The position numbers and the translations under genes were made by a program. Of a stretch of 64,000 nucleotides of DNA, positions 1-11,377 are shown in pieces. The notes under the pieces are model-generated. The model ran no database searches. It saw only the letters and a program-made list of their open reading frames with translations, and had not been told where the DNA came from. Within the stretch, counting starts at the first letter, position 1, and each line of letters opens with the position of its first letter. The DNA is from Squalus acanthias (lineage: Eukaryota), in the NCBI GenBank assembly GCA_030390025.1, contig CM059431.1:105030001-105094000 (forward strand). Reading direction: 5' to 3'.

Positions 1-456
1 AAGACTTGCATTTCTATAGCGCCTGTCATGACCACCGGATGTCCCAAAGCGCTTTACAGCCAATGAAGTACTTTGGAAATATAGTCACTGCTGTAATATA
101 GAAAACACGGCAGCCAATTTGCGCACAGCAAGCTCCCACAAACAGCCATGATAATGACCAGATAATCAGTTTTAGTGATGTTGATTCAGGGATAATATTG
201 GCCAGGACACCGGGGACAAACTCCCCTGCTCTTCTTCGAAATAGTGCCGTGGGATCTTTTATGTCCACCTGAGAGAGCAGACAGGGCCTCGATTTAACGT
301 TTCATCTGAAAGACGGCACCTCCGACAGAGCAGCATTTCCTCAGCACTGCACTGGGAGCATCAGCCTAGATTTTGTGCTCAAGTCTCTGGAGTGGGACTT
401 GAACCCACAACCTTCTAACTCAGAGGTAAGAGGGTGACCCACTGAGCCACGGCTGA
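1..456 (-). mobile_element. tRNA-derived Deu-domain SINE (SacSINE1/AmnSINE-like), near full length
   Basis: Minus strand reads tRNA-like head (TGGCTCAGTGG...GGTTCAAGTCC A/B boxes), Deu core (GATGAAACGTTAAATCGAGGCCC...AAAGATCCCACGGCACTATT) and L2-type tail (AAAGCGCTTTGGGA...GGCGCTATAGAAATGCAAGTC); many other copies in window. Confidence 0.85.
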
Positions 457-1393
457 TAGCTAAAATGGGGTTGAATTCTTCTTCAGCTCACATAGAGAAC
501 GAATATACGCACTAAATGGACAACTGAGAATCTAATATCACATTAAAGGACAATATCCTGTTTATTCACCAAAGCCAATCATTGAGCTTTTGAATTGATT
601 CCGGTCTACAACGGATTCCAGGCCACCGTTGATAAATTACAGTAATTGATGCAGATCTATAATTAATGCAGTCAGTATAATACTTGGCATAATTAACTTC
701 ATATTGTGCATTCATTGTTTGGCATCTGGAACAGCCAAACACCACAAAAACACATCCCACATCTCATTCACAATTACTGGGGCTCCATACAGATCAACAT
801 ACTTTACTCTGCAGGTGATTCTAGCAATTTCTAGTATATTTTGTAACATTTTCAGGGTACTAAACTGTCCAAACAGCATCATCTGTGTCGCAATAAACTT
901 GGATATAAAGTATGGTTTTCCCCCCATGTTCTATTTTGACAGTTTTGGTCAGGTGTGGCTGTAATGGCAGATTCTAGTTAAGGGCCCAGTCCCAATGCCG
1001 GATTATGCCCTGGCTACACACCGTGTCGTTTAAAAAGATGGCAAATAGGCTTAATGACCATCATGCACTCTGTCCCTTGCAGTGGGATTCATCCATCATA
1101 AAAAATGATGTACTGTGGAAAATCAAGTGCCTTTGCGTTGGTTCAGTAACCAGAGGCGAGTCACAGAGAATTGTTTTTGATCTTAGTAGTCAAGTTGGAA
1201 GATGAGGTCTTTGGCAAAATCCTGGTGGGGGTGGGTATGATAGGAGTTCAGTGCGCACCAGGCAACAAGCACCCTCATGCACCATTCATAAACCCATCAT
1301 TCGCTTTCAAATCAGGCACCATATGTTTCTTAACTTGTCCCATTACCCATCTCCTTTTGCCTCGCACCATCATCCCTTTAGTCTCTTAATCTA

Positions 1394-1525
1394 ATGTGGG
1401 AAATGCGGCAGCTACAATTGCGCACAGCAAGCTCCCACAAACAGCAATGTGATAATGACCAGGTCATCTGTTTTAGTAATGTTGGTTGAGGGATAAATAT
1501 TGGCCCTAGGACACTGGGGAGAACT
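1394..1525 (-). mobile_element. Deu-SINE internal fragment
   Basis: Matches the core of the SINE at 1-456. Confidence 0.75.
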
Positions 1526-1536
1526 AATTTCTAGAT

Positions 1537-1834
1537 TCACCTTTTGTTTCTTAACTTGTCCCATTACCATCTCCTTTTGCCTTGCACCATCATCCCTTGG
1601 AATCTCTCCTGCCTTCCATCCTATCACAGACCTTCCCTTTTGTTCTTTCCTTCCCCTCCCCCGTCTCCCTGCCCCTACACTTGCTTAAAAACCTGTTCCA
1701 TCCCCAACGAAGGGTCATCGACCTGAAACGTTGACTCTGTTTCTCTCTCCACCGATGCTGCCTGACCTGCTGAGTATTTCCAGCATTTTCTGTTTTTATT
1801 TCAGATTTCCAGCATCCGCAGTGTTTTGCTTTTG
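1537..1834 (+). mobile_element. Penelope-like element 3' end (family 2); shorter copy of the same sequence at ~1322-1392
   Basis: Same sequence as 43828-44907 (reverse), 33168-33297 and 62160-62336; contains a damaged hammerhead motif (ACGAAGGGTCATCGACCTGAAACGTT). Confidence 0.7.
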
Positions 1835-2067
1835 ACCATATGTGGGAAGACGGGCGTTACCATGGAGATGTTAATATTGCCATATACTTAGGCAGACACA
1901 GTGCACCTGTAACAATGTCACGCTGATGCAAGCTTTATTAATGACTTAGTTGATAAATGTTTCATTTGGTACCAAGACAACGAACCACAAGGATTCCCCA
2001 GGTCCAACTATCAATCGGTGCTGAGCCAACCAGGGTGAGAGTGAGGGTTCTACAATTGGATGCAGCA

Positions 2068-2493
2068 CTGTACTCATTGGAGTTTAGAAGAATGAGAGGT
2101 GATCTTATTGAAACATATAAGATTCTGAGGGGGCACGACAAGGTAGATGCAGAGAGGATGTTTCCCCTCGTGGGGGAATCTAGAACTAGAGGGCACAGTT
2201 TCAGGATAAGGGGTCACCCATTTAAAATGGAGATGAGGAGGAATTTCTTCTCTCAGAGGGTCATGAATCTTTGGAATTCTCTACCCCAGAGAGCTGTGGA
2301 GGCTGAGTCATTGAATATATTCAAGGCGGAGATAGACATATATTTGAGCTACAGGGGTGTAAAGGGTTATGGGGAGCGGGCGGGAAAGTGGCGTTGAGGC
2401 CAAGATGAGATCAGCCATGATCTTATTGAATGGCGGGGCAGGCTCGAGGGGCCGAATGGCCTACTCCTGCTCCTAGTTCTTATGTTCTTATGT
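2068..2493 (+). mobile_element. CR1 LINE 3' fragment
   Basis: ORF2 C-terminus [20 protein letters not shown]...FFSQRVMNLWNSLP, CR1 3' UTR and short tandem tail. Confidence 0.9.
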
Positions 2494-2494
2494 A

Positions 2495-2775
2495 CTACTG
2501 GGCGAGGGAGGGGAACGTTAGCCTGGGTTCTTGCACTTGGGCCTTATCCAGTGGCCCCGGATCAAAAACGCACGGGCCACTTTAAGAAAGGCAACAACCC
2601 CATCAGTGGCAAGGACCGCCGTGAGTGGACGGACATGCAAGGGGACCACACAAAATTGGTCCTTCTTGGTCCTGCCCAGCCCAGCAAAGAGCTACCACCT
2701 TCAGGAAAGTAGGAGGAGACAGAAAATATTAAGGGCAAGGTATTAAGGGGAACAGATAGGGTAGATATAGAGAGA
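2495..2775 (+). mobile_element. SINE-like chimeric repeat, copy 1 (unique 5' body plus start of CR1 tail)
   Basis: About 200 bp nearly identical to 4757-4953. Confidence 0.6.
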
Positions 2776-3060
2776 GGGCAATATCAGAGTCACCAGCGAT
2801 GCCCCGACAGTCAAATAGTCGGCCAGCACCTATTGTCAAGTTTGATACTTGAAGAATAATTATTTGAGTGAGGCATTTGGGTTAATGAACTCTCAGCACC
2901 CTTGAAATTGTACCCTGGCACAGGTCAGCTCCTTGAGGAGAGAAGGAGTAAAAAAAGAGGAGCCAATTCAGGTTCATGTTGCATACTAAACATACCTCTT
3001 CCAATAGGTAAGGATCCCCCATTAATGAAATGAAATGCTGACTAACTGATACGGTAATCT

Positions 3061-3391
3061 TGCCTTCATCTTTCGGATGAGACGTTAAACCGAGGCCTCG
3101 TCTGCTCTCTCAGGTAGACATAAAAGATCCCACGGCACTATTTCGAAGAAGAGTAGGGAAGTTATCCCCGGTGTCCTGACCAATATTTATCCCTCAACCA
3201 ACATCACAACAAAACAGATTATCTAGTCATTATCGCATTGCTGTTTGTGGGAGCTTGCTGTGTGCAAATTGGCTGCCGCATTTCCTATATTTCAACAGTG
3301 ACTACACTTCAAAATGTACTTCATTGGCTGTAAAGCGCTTTGGGACGTCCGGTGGTGGTGACAGGCGCTATAGAAATGCAAGTCTTTTTTT
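3061..3391 (+). mobile_element. Deu-SINE, 5' truncated
   Basis: Deu core and L2-like tail. Confidence 0.85.
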
Positions 3392-3920
3392 AAATAAAAA
3401 AGGAATTTTTTAGACCTGGAGCACCTTTTTCTTTGCTAAATTATCTCCTTACCATCTTCTCTCAACTTTTTCATCTCTTTCCCCAAGAGCGCCTCACCTT
3501 CATGTGCAGTGAAAAGAAAAATCAGAAGGAAATATTGCTAAGCAATATATTTTTTTGCTGAAATAGAACTCCTTAAAAAAAAACCAGCGAAACTCATCAA
3601 AGAGACAATGCTTAAGGCTAAATTGGTAAATCAGATTTAAGTTGCTTGTCATTGTTAGATTATGCTTCGTTTTATTTTGTTTAATTTAATTCCTGGCTCA
3701 GCAGATGGCCTTGTAAATTGGCACAGAAGTGGCAATCAATGAAATCGGATTGACATTGCAGAACTCAGCCTCCAAGGTTCTGAAGTTTACATGAATTAGA
3801 GACTCTATGCAGACAATAGTTTCACTCACTGTCCTTCGCTAATGAGATTCACGTTCAACTTCAGATCCTTGAAGCTACAAAGAGCACCTTATCTTACTGG
3901 TAGCCATTAAGTCACAGGAT

Positions 3921-4635
3921 GGGGAGAGTTTTAGCACACAAAAGCGGATGGGTTGGGTTCGGGTCACACGTTAACATTTTTAAAATCTGAGCCGCGCCTC
4001 CAACCCGCCCACTTCCGAGTTTGACGGACGCGGGGCAAAGGGTGGGCAGCCAACCCGCTCCCAGGAAGGCGGGTTGGCAATTTAAATATTGTAATGAGGC
4101 TGGCAGCCTCTGATTTAGCCTGCTTACAGTGGGCAGCCAGGTTTCCCAGGCCTTAGGAAAGCCGGCAACTGAAAGGAGGCGACGACATCTTTGGGGAGAT
4201 GGCAAGTGCCTTCATAGCACTGCTTGTGGGCCAGGAGGAGCAGGAGTGCCTACGCCCCCAACCCGCCCCCCACCTCAAGCTCCCCCCCATCAGACCTCCC
4301 CCCCCCCACACTATAAAGGCCTCTAGGGTTGGAAATCAGACCCCCTGGGTTCAGACAGCCGCCCCCCCCCCCTGTCCCCGGGTTTGTACCTGCCCTGTGG
4401 TCGTGGATCAAACCTACCTGGTCCTGCGGCCTGCTCCGGAGTGCTCCCCGCCTGACTGGAAGCCAAGCTCGTCAATCAGGCTGACTTCCGGGCGGGGAAC
4501 CTGTCAGGGCCAACAGACGCACACCTCTACAGAAATCCGGGTTTCCCGTCCGAAACTCCGCACCCACCTCCTCCTCCTCCCCCCACCCCCCCGCCGCCCC
4601 GACCTACGTAACCCGCCCCTGCTAATATCCAGAGC
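3921..4635. mobile_element. Degenerate GC-rich non-autonomous DNA transposon (Harbinger-type MITE, tentative)
   Basis: GGGG start, repeated ACCCGCC/GGCGGGT motifs like other MITEs here; TIRs poorly preserved. Confidence 0.4.
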
Positions 4636-4756
4636 AATGAGTTCAGTTCCTGCATCCTCCGTCTTGGGAGGTTCACTCTGCGTTGGCCAATTCCCATTCA
4701 TTCAAAAATAAATTTGAATTTTGCCTTTACTCATAATTACATTCGAACGCACAGAT

Positions 4757-5277
4757 CACTATAAGAAAAGAAACAGCCCCGCCAGTGGCAAGGACCGCCG
4801 TGAGTGGACGGACATGCAAGGGGACCACGCAAAATTGGTCCTTGTTGGTCCTGCCCAGCCCAGCAAAGAGCTACCACCTTCAGGAAAGTAGAAGGAGGCA
4901 GAAAATATTACGGGCAAGATATTAAGGGGAACAGATAGGGTAGACAGAGAGAAACTATTTGTGCTGGTCGGGGATTCTAGGACTAGGGGTGGCATAATCT
5001 AAAAATTAGAGCCAGTCCTTTAAAGAGTGAAGTTAGGAAACACTTCTACACATAAAGGATGGTAGAAGTTTGGAACTCTCTTCCGCAAACGGCAATTGAT
5101 GCTAGATCAATTGTTAATTTTAAATCAGAGATTTTTGTTAACCAAAGGTATTAAGGGATGTGGGCCAAAGACGGGTAGATGGAGTTAGATCACAGATCAG
5201 CCATGGTCTCATTGAATGGCGGAACAGTCCCGAGGGGCTGAATGGCCTCCTCCTGTTCCTATGTTCCCATGTTCCTA
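4757..5277 (+). mobile_element. SINE-like chimeric repeat, copy 2 (unique body plus ~360-bp CR1 3' tail)
   Basis: 4757-4915 shared with 2578-2735; from 4916 matches the CR1 3' end seen in reverse at 19915-20262. Confidence 0.7.
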
Positions 5278-5876
5278 AAATAGACGCGGAAGAGCCAACA
5301 CTTTGTAAAACCATGCCACTACATAACTGATGTGCCTGAATTCTGTGCTCTGCATTTAAATGGTGTTTCGGAAGGATAGCCATTCATGGTGTCAGTTTCA
5401 CCAGACAGTTGAGGATGATCTTGAGCAGCTTAAAATTACGAAGAAAAGATAATGTAATAGTTTAATTTTCTTTTTATAATCCTTTGCCTCCGAGGCCCTG
5501 AGACATGCAATCACGCCTGACAAGAATCCACGTTACAGATCGTGACTGAAGTGCACTGGCACCATTTAATCAGGGAACGGCTCATCTTTAAGTAGCAGAG
5601 AAGGGCCGATTTTAACCTTGCCCACTCAACAGGAATGGTGCAGGCGGGGGGATTAAAATGGAGGCCGGGCAGAAGCCCGCTGGCTTTTCGCAAAATTCCA
5701 CACACCAACTCCCCCTGCATGTAGCTGCCGAGGTTTGAGGAGCGTGTCCTTACAAATATTGAAAGGTCGGAGTCCGATAATGCCATTCAGAATCCGATGC
5801 CAATTTAACGCAACTAAGTGTAAATCGTGCCGTCTCCAGGCAACAGCAAAAGATGGCGTCAAACAGCATCGGGCCA

Positions 5877-6344
5877 GAATGAATGAATGAACGAAGGAAC
5901 TTCCTTTTCTATAACGACTTTCACGACCTCAGGACGTACAAAAGCGCTTTACAACCAATGAAGTACATTTTTGAAGTGCAGCCACTGATGTAATGTAGGA
6001 AACTCGGCAACCAAATTGCGCACAGCAAGCTCCCACAAACAGCAATGAGATAATGACCAGATAAACAGTTTTCATGATGTTGGTTGAGCGATAAATATTG
6101 GCCCAGGACACTGGGGAAGAACTCCCCCTGCTCTTCTTCGAAATAGTGGCCATGGGATTTTTACGTCCACCTGAGAGGGCAGACGAGGCCTCGGTTTAAC
6201 GGCTCATCCAAAAGACGGCACCTCCGACAGTGCAGCACTCCCTCAGCACTGCACTGGAGTGTCAGCCTAGATTTTTGTTCTCAAGTCTCTGGAGTGGGAC
6301 TTGAACCCACAACCTTCTGATTCAGAGGTGAGAGTGCTACCCAC
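5877..6344 (-). mobile_element. Deu-SINE whose tRNA head is split; remainder at 10021-10053
   Basis: SINE stops at GAGAGTGCTACCCAC (6330-6344) and resumes with the same 15-mer at 10021-10035 followed by TGAGCCACTGGCTGACAC. Confidence 0.9.
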
Positions 6345-7954
6345 ACTTTTTTTAATATATTATTTATTAAACATTAAAAACATTTACAACATCGTGATCA
6401 TTCCATTGTATCATACTAATCCATTCCGCCGCTCTGCACAGCCATTCCTCCACCACATATTAACATCAAAACCTAAAGTTTAATTTGTCTCCCATAACAT
6501 ATACTAATCTATTGTACTTTAAAAATTGATCAGTAATCATGGCTCCGAATAAGGGAAGTGTGCCTGATAATCCCCCCATCATTTAATCTCCGGCCCTTCC
6601 CTCCTCTCATGCTCCTTCCCAACTTTTCGGGCAGCTGTTGCTTTCTCCTGCAGCCTCCGGCTCTTTTTCACCTCCTGTTTGAACCTTCCCTGCAGTTTCA
6701 GCCTCTTCCTTACATTGGGTTTGGGCCGAGGAGCTGCCCCTTCTCCCTCCTTCTGCCCCTCACTAGCCTTTCCCTTTCCACACAATGCCACTTCACCCCC
6801 CACTTCCATGTCTCTGTCCCCCTCTGACTCCTCACTCTCGAGCTCTTCTGTAACCTCCCGTCCCTGCTCCCCGTCAGATACTTAATCTCCCTTAGAGAGT
6901 CTTCTTGCTCTCACGGTTTCTCCAATAGTGCTGCTCCCTTCGGCTTGATCTCCACCGCTGACCCTTGCTCCCCGTTTCTTCTCTCTCTGGGACAATGGCG
7001 CATCTGTACCTATCTTGTTCCCTTCTGGCGTCTTTGTCTCCCTGCTCCTGTCCTGCTGCCCCTTTAAGGCTCCTGCCTCTTGCACCCTCTGCTTGTCTTG
7101 CCCCCTCCTGATTCCCGAGATGTCCGACTCCCCGTCTTTCTTTGGAATACTTACACTTACCCCACTCCCGCCTCCTCTCCCCCCGCGGACACCAGATTCT
7201 TTAGGGAGAGCCAAGCCGTATTATGACTCGACTCTGCCCTCGACCCGTGCTGCCCGCTGCAGTCTTTGTCCTTTTCCACCGTACTTGGTGTGTTTTCCAC
7301 CATCTCCATCCTGTTCTCTGCTCTGCAATTTTCTGCCTCTTCCTGCGCTCTTTTCTCCTTCCATTCACCAGCTGTGTCCTCCACCTGCTCCACTTCTCCA
7401 GCTACTCCACTTGCACCTCCTGCTCCCTCTCCTTCTCCCATCTCCTCGTCACTCCAGGAGCTTCCTTCTGCCTCACACTCACAGCGGGTGGGGCCTTTGT
7501 GACACACCCCACAGCTCTCCGCCTTACAGCTGCGAGCGATGTGTCCAGACTCGCTGCAGTTATAACAGTAGAAGTCTGGACAGCTTCTTACAAGATGGTC
7601 GTGTCCAAGACAATAATATCAAACCGTCACCTGGTTATCATGCAGTACTCGGAAGTACTGCACTCCTTCCATTGTCTCGAATTTCATGCTATACGGAAAT
7701 GACTTCACCCCCTCTGGAAACCGTACCTTTACATAACGGGTTCCATCTGCTACCCGCGTTCCTGGATAGTATTTCCTCTTTATTGCCCAGAAAATTTTAA
7801 TGTCCCTTGACTCCAACTTTTTTCTTCTTCTTCTTCTTCTTCTTCTTAGGCAGTCCCTCGGAACCGAGGATGACTTGCTTCCACACTAAAAATGAGTTCT
7901 CAGGTGACTGATGAGTCCAATGCGGGACCTACAGTCTCTGTCACAGGTGGGGCA

Positions 7955-8127
7955 TGATGTGAAGATGCCGGTGTTGGACTGGGGTGGACAAAAGTGAGAA
8001 GTCGCACAATACCAGGTTATAGTCCAACAGTTTTATTTGAAATCTCACCTGACGAAGGGGCAGCCGCTCCGAAAGCTTGTGATTTCAAATAAAACTGTTG
8101 GACTATAACCTGGTGTTGTGCGACTTC
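7955..8127. mobile_element. Penelope-like element (family 1), minimal inverted-pLTR insertion
   Basis: 14-bp TSD TCACAGGTGGGGCA (7941-7954, 8128-8141); ~50-bp inverted arms around one hammerhead; ~39-bp terminal extension. Confidence 0.85.
8045..8082 (+). ncRNA. Minimal type I hammerhead ribozyme (PLE)
   Basis: UCAC-CUGACGA-A-GGGGC/GCUCC stem II-GAAA-GC-UU-GUGA. Confidence 0.75.
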
Positions 8128-9274
8128 TCACAGGTGGGGCAGACGGTGGTTGAAGGGGTCGGTGGGTGGGGTGCTTGGGTTGACGTGCGCGCCTTCCGCT
8201 GTTTGCGCTTGGCTTCCGCTTGCTCCCGACGAAGAGACTCGAGGTGTTCGGCGCCTTCCCGGATGCTTCTCCTCCACTTTGTGCGGCCTTGGGCCAGGGA
8301 TTCCCAGGTGTCGGTGGGGATGTTGCACTTTTTCAAGGAGGCTTTGAGAGTGTCCTTGAAGCATTTCCTCTGCCTACCTGGGGCTCTCTTGCCGTGTCGG
8401 AGCTCCGAGTAGAGCGCTTGTTTTGGGAGTCTCGTATCGGACATGCGGACGATGTGGCCCGTCCATCGGAGCTGATTGAGCGTGGTCAAAGCTTCGATGC
8501 TGGGGATGTTGGCCTGAGTGAGAACATTGATGTTGGTGCGCCTATCCTGCCAATGGATTTGCAGGATCTTGCGGAGGCAGCGTTGGTGGTACCTCTCCAG
8601 TGCTTTGAGGTGCCTGCTGTACATGGTCCATGTCTCTGAAGCATACAGGAGGGCGGGTATCAATACTGCTCTGTAGACCATGAGCTTGGTGCTGCGTTTG
8701 AGGTCCTGGTCTTCAAACATTCTCTTCCTCAGGCGACCAAAGGCTGCACTGGCATACTGAAGGCAGTGTTGGACTTTGTCATCAATGACGACTTGTTGAC
8801 AGTAGGCTCCCGAGGTATGGAAAGTGGTCCACGTTGTCCAAGGCCTCGTCGTGGATTTTGATAATCGGGGGGCAGTACTGTGTGGCGGGGGCAGGTTGGT
8901 AGAGGACCTTTGTCTTACGGATGTTTAGTGGAAGGCCCATGCTCCCGTATGCTTCAGTGAAGGTGTTGACGATGGTTTGGAGTTTGGCCTCAGAGTGTGT
9001 GCAGACGCAAGCGTCGTCTGCATACTGTAATTCGATGACAGAGGATGGGATGACCTTGGATCTGGACTGGAGGCGACGGAGGTTGAACAGTTTCCTGTTT
9101 GTTCTGTAGATTAGCTCCACACCAGCGGGGAGCTTACTGAGGGTGAGATGGAGCATTGCAGCCAGGAAGATCGAGAAGAGCTTTGGTGCGATGACACAGC
9201 CTTGCTTGACCCCGGTCAGTACTTGAATTGGGTCTGTAGTGGATCCGTTGGTCAGGATCCGACCTCCTTATAGT

Positions 9275-9456
9275 GTGTCTCCTTCCAGTGACTGTGTCCC
9301 GCAGTGTCTCCTTCTAGTGAATGTGTCTCACGGTGTCTCCTTCCAGTGACTGTGTCCCGCGGTGTCTCCTTCTAGTGAGTGTGTCTCACGGTGTCTCCTT
9401 CCAGTGAGTGTGTCCCGCGGTGTCTCCTTCCAGTGAGTGTGTCCCGCAGTGTCTCC
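9275..9456. repeat. 29-bp minisatellite, ~6.3 units
   Basis: GTGTCTCCTTCYAGTGAVTGTGTCYCRCR units start at 9275, 9304, 9333, 9362, 9391, 9420, 9449. Confidence 0.95.
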
Positions 9457-10234
9457 ATCTAATAACTTTTTTATTGGCATATCGTCCTCAATATAAACCG
9501 GCAGGTTTAAGAAAGAGACCACCACCTCTTCAGAATTTAGCAGAGAAACCTCCAAGAACTTATCTCCAACCTTCAAACTCAGTAAAAGTCTTTTCACCTC
9601 CTCTCAGCCACTGACCATCACCTTGAACCCAACATTCGGCTTTGGTCGGCAGGCAAAGCAGCTTCGCTCACCGCAGTCCTCATGTACCACCTGGATAATA
9701 TCCCAAGCTCGTATCTCCTTATCTTCACACTGAACCACCACCGTGTTTCCTTTTCCAAACCCCTGGGGTCCCGGCGCAAATCTTTGGGCCTTTTCTTCTC
9801 CCTTCCCCCAACATTTTCTCCCCTGATTAAAATAATTCTGGGAACATTGTCCTCTGAGGGGCCTGGCACTCAGCTGTCCAGCCATCAGGCTGCTGTTTAA
9901 GGACCAAAAAGGCCCTAAAACCTGAAAAAAAACATCACCAACTTTTTACAACCTCACTCCAACCCCCTGCAGTAATCAAGCACCCAGCAGCACCTGCTCA
10001 CTCCTAGCCCCTCCCACCTAGAGAGTGCTACCCACTGAGCCACTGGCTGACACGAGGACAAGAGGTGAAGTATTGGATAGTTGAGAAGTTCCCTGTGGCC
10101 CAGGAAGAGCAGGAGGACCGTTTCCTTCGGTCCAGGGCAGCCGGTAGCAGTGCAATTTTTCATTCCCGTCCACCAGCCTCCACATTATCCCCGCCAGCTT
10201 TGGGCAGGAGTCCGAAATGAGGCCTGATAGTTCG

Positions 10235-10765
10235 CCCTCCTGGGCAGCCTGCCATCTTCCACCCTCCGTAAACTTGAACTAATCCAAACCTCTGCTTACC
10301 GTGTCCTAACTCACACCAAGTCCCATTCACCTATCACCCCTGTGCTTGCTGACCTGCACTGGTTCACAATCCAGAAATGACTCAAATTTAAAATTCTCAC
10401 CCTTGTGTTGAAATCCCTCCATGGCCCTCCCTATCTCTGTAACCTCCTCCAGCCCCTACAATCCTCTGAGATCTCTGCGCTCCTCCAATTCTGGCCTCTT
10501 GCGCATCCCCGATTTTAATCGCTGCACCATTGGGGGGCCGTGCCTTCAGCTGCCTGGGCCCCGAGCTCTGGAATTCCCTCCCTAAGCCTCTCTCTCCTCC
10601 TTTTCGACGCTCCTTAAAACCAACCTCTTTGATCGAGCTTTTGATCACCTGCCCCAATATCTCTTTATGCGGCTCGGTGTCTCATTTTATCTGATGACGC
10701 TCCTGTGAAGCGCCGCGGGACGTTTTGCTACATTAAAGGTGCTATATAAATGCAAGTTGTTGCTG
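10235..10765 (+). mobile_element. L2 LINE 3' fragment
   Basis: LHWL..FKIL-type C-terminus and tail TGTGAAGCGCC...GCTATATAAATGCAAGTTGTTG. Confidence 0.85.
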
Positions 10766-11377
10766 GTAAATTCTCCAGGGACGCACGCTTCGGTTCTCCT
10801 CCCCCCTCACCCCGAATCCCACCTCGAGTTAAAGTCAGGAATGTAGTCACTGTCTCTAAGCAGAGGAGCTCTATAAAATTGACACTTTTAGTATGATTTT
10901 AATGGATGCAATCTGACATTACTTCCCAATAACTGTCACTTAAATTCCACAAGAGAGCCAGTATTTTTAAAATCCTGTTGTTATATAACCCTGACTAGAT
11001 CAATAGATGGAATTATTGCTTTTTTTCAAAATGGTTTAATATATATATTTTTTTGTGTTTACAGCCTTGCCATTTAATATTTACCCCAACTCTGCTCCCA
11101 GCATACAGTACATCAAATTCCTGCCGAGTGCAGCAATCAATACGTCTTGAGCTTTGCTACAAAAGCACCGTGATTGTCACAATATTGCACGCCAGCTGCG
11201 TTTCCATTTACTCTCATCATTAAACAAGGTAAAAGGTTCAGCTGTAGTTGTTAAGTAAAGCAAGGCTGAACGAGAAGGGTGCTACAACTACACCTTTTTT
11301 TTTTCTCCATGAGATTAGCTGGTACTCCAAGTCACCTTTGTAAATTTAAAAAGTAATTTCCAGTCTTTCTTAACCGA

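Larger units (their letters stand above)
7824..9463 (-). mobile_element. RTE-clade LINE, 5' truncated, with co-inserted minisatellite
   Basis: RT motif ELQYADD and C-terminal LLYASETWT...LRWTGHIVRM...RLPKQALYSEL; (GAA)n tail; 9-bp TSD AACTTTTTT at 7815-7823 and 9464-9472. Confidence 0.9.
6579..9869 (-). pseudogene. Tx1-type ORF1 (gag-like zinc knuckle) pseudogene; segments 9464-9869 and 6579-7823
   Basis: ...VVVSFLNLPVYIEDDMPIKKL | ESRDIKIFWAIKRKYYPGTRVADGTRYVKVRFP...FRVLHDNQVTV*YYCLGHDHLVRSCPDFYCYNCSESGHIARSC: two CX2CX4HX4C knuckles (first Cys position reads TGA); frameshifts and stops. Confidence 0.8.
6345..10020 (-). mobile_element. Non-autonomous Tx1/L1-clade retrotransposon (ORF1 only), interrupted by an RTE insertion
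   Basis: 15-bp TSD, AATAAA and oligo(A) at ~6347-6367, ORF1 homology on both sides of the RTE insertion. Confidence 0.8.

Noticed and set aside
566..1389. Short ORFs in unique sequence as host exons
   Set aside because: No recognisable domain or consistent splice and frame support
4812..4840. Weak resemblance to the U6 snRNA 3' region (GCAAGG...CACGCAAA)
   Set aside because: Too short and gapped; no ACAGAGA box or other U6 sequence adjacent
7015..7800. 261-aa Pro/Leu-rich ORF
   Set aside because: Antisense of the purine-rich Tx1 ORF1
9275..9456. 29-bp repeats resembling a CRISPR array
   Set aside because: Units are contiguous with no unique spacers, no cas genes, eukaryotic context; it is a minisatellite
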